A DNA stretch of 64,000 bases, from contig JAZDJU010000031.1 of the NCBI GenBank assembly GCA_043803685.1, positions 1-64,000 of the forward strand, written 5' to 3'. A model generated the notes under the pieces. The model was not told the origin of the DNA and did not search any database. It worked only from the letters and a program-made list of their open reading frames with translations. Below, piece after piece: positions 59,248-64,000 of the stretch (position 1 is its first letter; each line of letters begins with the position of its first letter). The stretch is from Candidatus Omnitrophota bacterium (GTDB lineage: Bacteria; Omnitrophota; Omnitrophia; Omnitrophales; Aquincolibacteriaceae). Both the position numbers and the translations under genes were made by a program.

Positions 59248-62043
59248 CTATTTCTCCTGTTTTCTAAGACCCAGCATGCTGACCGCCCAGAAGACCGGAA
59301 TGCAGCAGGCCAGGAAAATAATATCCTGAACCATGAGACCTGGGCTGAGACCCTTGGTATAGGCTCCGACGCTCGAATGCATGTAGTAAGTGGTCGGCCA
59401 GATCATACCCACGAGCCGGGCCTTCCCCATCAGCGTCGACACCGGCTGGAGAAGCCCAGAAAACTGGATGGTCGGAGTGATCGTGAGGATCGCGGTCACG
59501 AAGACGGCCGCGACCTGGCTTGTGGTGAAACTCGAGATGAGCATGCCGATACCGGTCGTCGCCGTGACATAAAGCAGTGTGGTGAGCGTCAGGAACAAGA
59601 AACTCCCTTTGACCGGAACGCCGAAAATGAAACGCGCCATAGCCGCCAAAATAAAAAAGTTGAGCATTGCGATCGCGACGTAGGGTATCTGCTTTCCCAG
59701 AAGGTACTCCAGCTTTCCCGTCGGCGTGACATAGAAATTGATCATGGAGCCCAGTTCTTTTTCCCGCACGATACTGACCGCCATCAGGATCGCCGGGATC
59801 AAGACCAGGAGAAGGGCCGGAATGCTCGGCACGATCGAGTAGACGCTTTCAAAGGTGGGATTGTACATGTAGCGTTCTTCAAAGGTCGCCGTATCCTTCG
59901 GGGGGCCCACGTGCAGCCCGCTTGCAGGATTTTGAAGCATGGTGTTATTGACCGCTTGAACATATTGGGCGACGGTCTCACCGCGGAAGGTCATAGCCGC
60001 GTCCACCTGAGCCAAAACTTCGGGAGCCTCCCCCCGACGAAAATCCCTGCCGAAGTTAGGAGGTATCTCAAGGACCACCGAAACATCATCCGCCTGCAGC
60101 CGGCGCAGGCCTTCATCGGCGGACCGGACAGGCGCCGTACGCGTGAAATAGCGGGGTGTCGCGGCAAATTGCTCGAGATAAGCGCGGCTTTCCGGCGACT
60201 GATCAAGATCTAAGGACGCATAGCGGATATGTTCAATATCGGTCGTGATCCCGAAACCGAAGACGAGCATCAGAAGCGCCGAACCGAGAAAAGAGAAAAC
60301 CAATCGCACCGGGTCGCGAAGGATCTGCATGGTTTCATTGCGCGCATACGCGAGCATCCGGCCGAGTCGCAAGCGGAGGCCGGAAGGCGCCGACGCCTTC
60401 GAAACCGCAGGCTGAACAGCGGCGGGTGCACTGTCCTGAGCTTTGTTTTTGCTTTTCGCGCCGGATGCGGCATCGGCAACGGCATCTTCCATATAACCGA
60501 TGAACGCATCCTCCAGATTGGCGGCACCGCGCGTTTCGATCAGTTTTTGCGGAGCGTCACACGCCAACACCTTCCCCGCGTTCATAAGCGAGATCCGGTC
60601 GCAGCGCATGCCTTCGTTCATGAAGTGCGTCGTAATAAAGATCGTCACCTTCTGCTTTCGCGAAAGGTCGATCAAGAGTTCCCAAAAGCTGTCCCGCGCG
60701 ATAGGATCGACCCCAGAAGTGGGTTCATCCAGGATCAATATTTTGGGCTCATGAAGAACGGCGACCGCCAGCGAAAGCCTCTGCCGCAAGCCCATGGGCA
60801 GAGACTCGGCCAACGAATCGAGATGCGGGCCCAGGCCGAATTTTTCAACGAGCTCCTCAATGCGCGCCTCCGACTTTTTAGCCGGAATATGATAAAGAAG
60901 GGCGTCCAGCACCAGATTCTGGCGAACGGTCAGCTCGCCGTAAAGCGAGAACGCCTGAGTCATGTAGCCGAGCTTTTTTCGCACTTCATTGCTTCCGGCT
61001 TCGACGGAACTTCCAAAGAGCGTCGCCGTGCCTTCGGTGGGAGGTAAAAGTCCGGTCAGCATTTTCATGGTGGTGGACTTGCCGCAGCCGTTAGAACCGA
61101 GAAAGCCGAAGATCTCTCCGCACTCGATCGACAGGCTGACATGGTCGACCGCGGTGAAGCTGCCAAAGAGGCGGGTCAGTCCTTGGGCGTCGATGACGAT
61201 CTCGGATTTTTCGGCCGCCCGCTGCGGGATAGCGAGTTCCGTATGTCCCATGCGCTTTTCTTCCGGAAGCAATCCGATAAAGCACGCCTCCAGATCTTTG
61301 GTGCCCGTCCGCTTCATCAATTCCGCGGGCGTTCCCGTAGCCAGCACTTTTCCGGCATCCATCGCTACGATCCAGTCCCACTTTTGCGCTTCATCCATAT
61401 AAGCGGTGGAAATAAGAACGCTCATGCCGGGACGGCCGGCCCGAATGTCGTCGATGAGTGTCCAAAATTGCCGGCGAGAAAGCGGGTCGACGCCCGTGGT
61501 GGGCTCATCAAGGATCAGGAGATCCGGTTCATGGACCAAAGCTCCGCAAAGCCCTACTTTTTGCTTCATTCCGCCCGAAAGCTTGCCGGCAGGGCGATCG
61601 GCAAAGGGCCCGAGTCCCGTGGCATTGAGCAATTCCTTGATGCGGACCGGACGTTCCGCGGGAGACAACCCGAAAAGTTGCGCCATGAAATCGACATTGT
61701 CGTAGACGCTCAGTTCCAGGTAGAGGTTCTTGCCTAATCCCTGAGGCATGTAGGCAATCCGGGGGCACGCGTCGCGCCGGTGCGCGGCGTCCGCCATATC
61801 TCCGTCCAGGACGGTCACCTTCCCCTGCTGCATCTTTTTCGATCCGGCGATCAGCGCCATAAGCGTCGACTTGCCGACGCCGTCGGGGCCGATGATGCCG
61901 ACCATGCGGCCGCTGGGGATATTGAGGGAAATACCGTCGAGCGCTAGGACCTTGCCATAACGGTGATTGACGTCTTGAATGGAAACGACCGGTTTACCAC
62001 CGGAGGCAACTCGAGACAGTTGAGAAGCGGATGACTCCACCAT
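59248..62043 (-). CDS. rbbA: Ribosome-associated ATPase / ABC transporter RbbA
   Basis: Two NBDs ('GPDGVGKST', 'GSNGCGKST'), 'YMPQGLGKNLY', fused permease 'REKELGS'. Confidence 0.92.
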   Translation of the reverse strand: MVESSASQLSRVASGGKPVVSIQDVNHRYGKVLALDGISLNIPSGRMVGIIGPDGVGKSTLMALIAGSKKMQQGKVTVLDGDMADAAHRRDACPRIAYMPQGLGKNLYLELSVYDNVDFMAQLFGLSPAERPVRIKELLNATGLGPFADRPAGKLSGGMKQKVGLCGALVHEPDLLILDEPTTGVDPLSRRQFWTLIDDIRAGRPGMSVLISTAYMDEAQKWDWIVAMDAGKVLATGTPAELMKRTGTKDLEACFIGLLPEEKRMGHTELAIPQRAAEKSEIVIDAQGLTRLFGSFTAVDHVSLSIECGEIFGFLGSNGCGKSTTMKMLTGLLPPTEGTATLFGSSVEAGSNEVRKKLGYMTQAFSLYGELTVRQNLVLDALLYHIPAKKSEARIEELVEKFGLGPHLDSLAESLPMGLRQRLSLAVAVLHEPKILILDEPTSGVDPIARDSFWELLIDLSRKQKVTIFITTHFMNEGMRCDRISLMNAGKVLACDAPQKLIETRGAANLEDAFIGYMEDAVADAASGAKSKNKAQDSAPAAVQPAVSKASAPSGLRLRLGRMLAYARNETMQILRDPVRLVFSFLGSALLMLVFGFGITTDIEHIRYASLDLDQSPESRAYLEQFAATPRYFTRTAPVRSADEGLRRLQADDVSVVLEIPPNFGRDFRRGEAPEVLAQVDAAMTFRGETVAQYVQAVNNTMLQNPASGLHVGPPKDTATFEERYMYNPTFESVYSIVPSIPALLLVLIPAILMAVSIVREKELGSMINFYVTPTGKLEYLLGKQIPYVAIAMLNFFILAAMARFIFGVPVKGSFLFLTLTTLLYVTATTGIGMLISSFTTSQVAAVFVTAILTITPTIQFSGLLQPVSTLMGKARLVGMIWPTTYYMHSSVGAYTKGLSPGLMVQDIIFLACCIPVFWAVSMLGLRKQEK

Positions 62044-62076
62044 GAGTTTCCCAAGCCGATCTGTAGGTTTTGTATT

Positions 62077-63102
62077 TTACTTCTTGTCCGGCTGTTTGGC
62101 GGGCTGAACAAGGTTCTGAAGCCAGCTGGGCCAGACGGCAGATTCTTTAATTTTGACATACCCGACGCCGCGAACGCCCGTCTTGACGCGCTCAATGTAA
62201 CCGGAAACAAGCTCCTGAGGCACCTGGATCTTCACCCGGAACATCAACTTGTCGCGCTCACTCTTTGTCTCGACCTGCTTGGGAGTGAACTGTGCTTCCG
62301 GCGATACAAAACTGACAAAAGCGGCGGCCGCGCGACCGGGAGCATAGTCCACCGTAAGCCTCGCCTCAGCGCCGATCTTAAGACCGGCGGCCTGTTCTGA
62401 GGGAAGGTAGATCTCCATGTAAACATCTTCCAGATTCACCAAGGTTAGCGCTTTTCCTCCGGCGGCGAGCATTTCGCCGGGCTCCGCCAGGCGATAAAGC
62501 ACCCTTCCGGTCACGGGCGACTTGAGCGTCGCGTCATCAATGTGCGTTTGGATCGTCGTCACATTCGCCTGCGCGACTTCGACCTCTTGCTTCGCCGTCC
62601 GGAGCTGGGCTTCCGCTTCCGCGAGAGCGGCCGTGTTCGTCTGGAGCGACGTGTTGCGGGAGTCAAACTCACGCTGAGAAAGGGCATTCTGCTCGACAAG
62701 TTTACGGGTGCGTTCAAACTCAAGCTGGGCATTGTCAAGCAGGCTCTTCTGCCTCACCATCGCAAAGTTGGCGCTTGCCACGCGCTCTTGCGCACTTGTA
62801 ACCTGTAATTTGGCCTGATTCAGTTCGGAATCGAACGTGGCAGTATCCAGACGCACCAGCACTTCGCCCGGCTTGACGAGATCGCCTTCGTCAACGAGGA
62901 TCTCCTTAACCCTGAGCGCGTCCTTGGCAACCGCATCCACCAGCTTGGCTTCGATACGGCCGTTCCCCGAGGCGATCCCTTTGGGCAACTCGGATTGCTT
63001 CGCCTTCCGGTACTGGACGCCGAAGAATACAACTGCGGCAACGGCCACCAGCAAAATAATCCCCTTGAGATATTTTTTAGAGACGGCAATGGACATGGTC
63101 AA
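62077..63102 (-). CDS. HlyD-family adaptor (YhiI-like)
   Basis: 'GIASGNGRIEA', 'AQFTPKQVET..ERDKLMFRVK', 'VKTG'. Confidence 0.9.
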   Translation of the reverse strand: MTMSIAVSKKYLKGIILLVAVAAVVFFGVQYRKAKQSELPKGIASGNGRIEAKLVDAVAKDALRVKEILVDEGDLVKPGEVLVRLDTATFDSELNQAKLQVTSAQERVASANFAMVRQKSLLDNAQLEFERTRKLVEQNALSQREFDSRNTSLQTNTAALAEAEAQLRTAKQEVEVAQANVTTIQTHIDDATLKSPVTGRVLYRLAEPGEMLAAGGKALTLVNLEDVYMEIYLPSEQAAGLKIGAEARLTVDYAPGRAAAAFVSFVSPEAQFTPKQVETKSERDKLMFRVKIQVPQELVSGYIERVKTGVRGVGYVKIKESAVWPSWLQNLVQPAKQPDKK

Positions 63103-63295
63103 CTCCCCGGTGGTTAATGATTAGACAAAAGTTTATTAGCGAGAGGAGGAAAAAAGCACTGCAGGATCTATTCGCTGTACGCATCGGCGATCTTTATAGC
63201 TTAGCCTCAGGTTACCAAATAGAAAAAACTTATGAACATATTATTCATAACTTCTTTAATTACAAGGGGAAAAGCGCGGTTTGGCCGTTGACCGT

Positions 63296-64000
63296 CTACT
63301 TGACCCGGATCACAACAAGCGTCATATCGTCAAAGGGCGGTGCCTTGCCGATAAAATCCTGGATCCCGGATTGGATCTTCATAAAAAGGTCATGAGCGCT
63401 GAGCAAACTGTTCTGTTCGATCAGCCGCCTGAGCCTTTCGATGCCGAACATACTTCCGTCTTCCGCCCTGGCCTCGATCACTCCATCCGTGTACATCACC
63501 AAAATGTCCCTCGAAGCAAGCTGAAGCGTCATTTCCGGATAGACCTGTCCCGGAAGGATCCCCACGGGAACTCCACTCACCGAGACCTCGGAAAAAACCC
63601 TGCCTTCGGCCTTGAACCACAAAGGAGCATAATGCCCCGCGTTGGCGCAAGTCATTTGCTTTGTTTTTCCATCATAAAGCAGATAGAGAACCGTGATGAA
63701 CATCCCGTTCCCCAAGGCCGCGTCCGCCGCAATATAGTTGTTGGAGCGACTCAGGGTCTCTCCCGCACGCGTCTCCTCTGAAGAAATCACCTTAAAGACG
63801 CTCCGGGAGCGGGTCATGTAAAGAGTCCCGGGAAGCCCCTTGCCGGAAGCATCGGCAACAATGAATCCCGTTTTCCCGCGGGTGGGAAAGGAGAAAAAAT
63901 CATAATAATCGCCGCCCACCTCCTTGGCGGGAACGCTCCGGGCCTCAATCTCAAGACCTTCGATCAAGGGAGGACGTTCGGGAAAGATCGACCGTTGGAT
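63296..64000 (-). CDS. SpoIIE/PP2C phosphatase domain protein (5'-truncated by the window edge)
   Basis: 'EVGGDYYD', 'ADASGKG', 'NAGH', 'YTDGVIEA', 'DDMTLVVI'. Confidence 0.92.
   Translation of the reverse strand: MQRSIFPERPPLIEGLEIEARSVPAKEVGGDYYDFFSFPTRGKTGFIVADASGKGLPGTLYMTRSRSVFKVISSEETRAGETLSRSNNYIAADAALGNGMFITVLYLLYDGKTKQMTCANAGHYAPLWFKAEGRVFSEVSVSGVPVGILPGQVYPEMTLQLASRDILVMYTDGVIEARAEDGSMFGIERLRRLIEQNSLLSAHDLFMKIQSGIQDFIGKAPPFDDMTLVVIRVK

Overview
Bacterial chromosomal window of moderately high GC, with most genes on the minus strand. The gene content (PEP-CTERM protein, STAS gene inside a short dcw cluster, rich two-component and c-di-GMP signalling) suggests a PVC-group organism such as Omnitrophota; this is inference only. 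In order it holds: an operon of two B12-dependent radical SAM genes, psd, pssA and a LysE-family gene; hemG; panB, folD and a cyclodeaminase; a cobalamin-riboswitch-controlled corrinoid uptake/salvage operon; an AT-rich accessory island (about 26.1-32.8 kb); ligA; a diverged 1.1-kb tandem duplication of an SDR gene; a 5'-disrupted tRNA-Pro; mraZ-STAS-rsmH-ftsL-ftsI; an HD-GYP/Hpt/hybrid-kinase signalling cluster; and an RbbA-type efflux operon. The most striking unexplained structure is a non-coding array of 7-8 abutted hairpins, mostly 36-42 bp, joined by 1-2 nt linkers and carrying conserved end motifs. It occurs as two diverged inverted copies (5843-6173 and 10554-10832) that show compensatory stem changes. 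All assignments come from reading the sequence and recalled motifs; no database searches were run.
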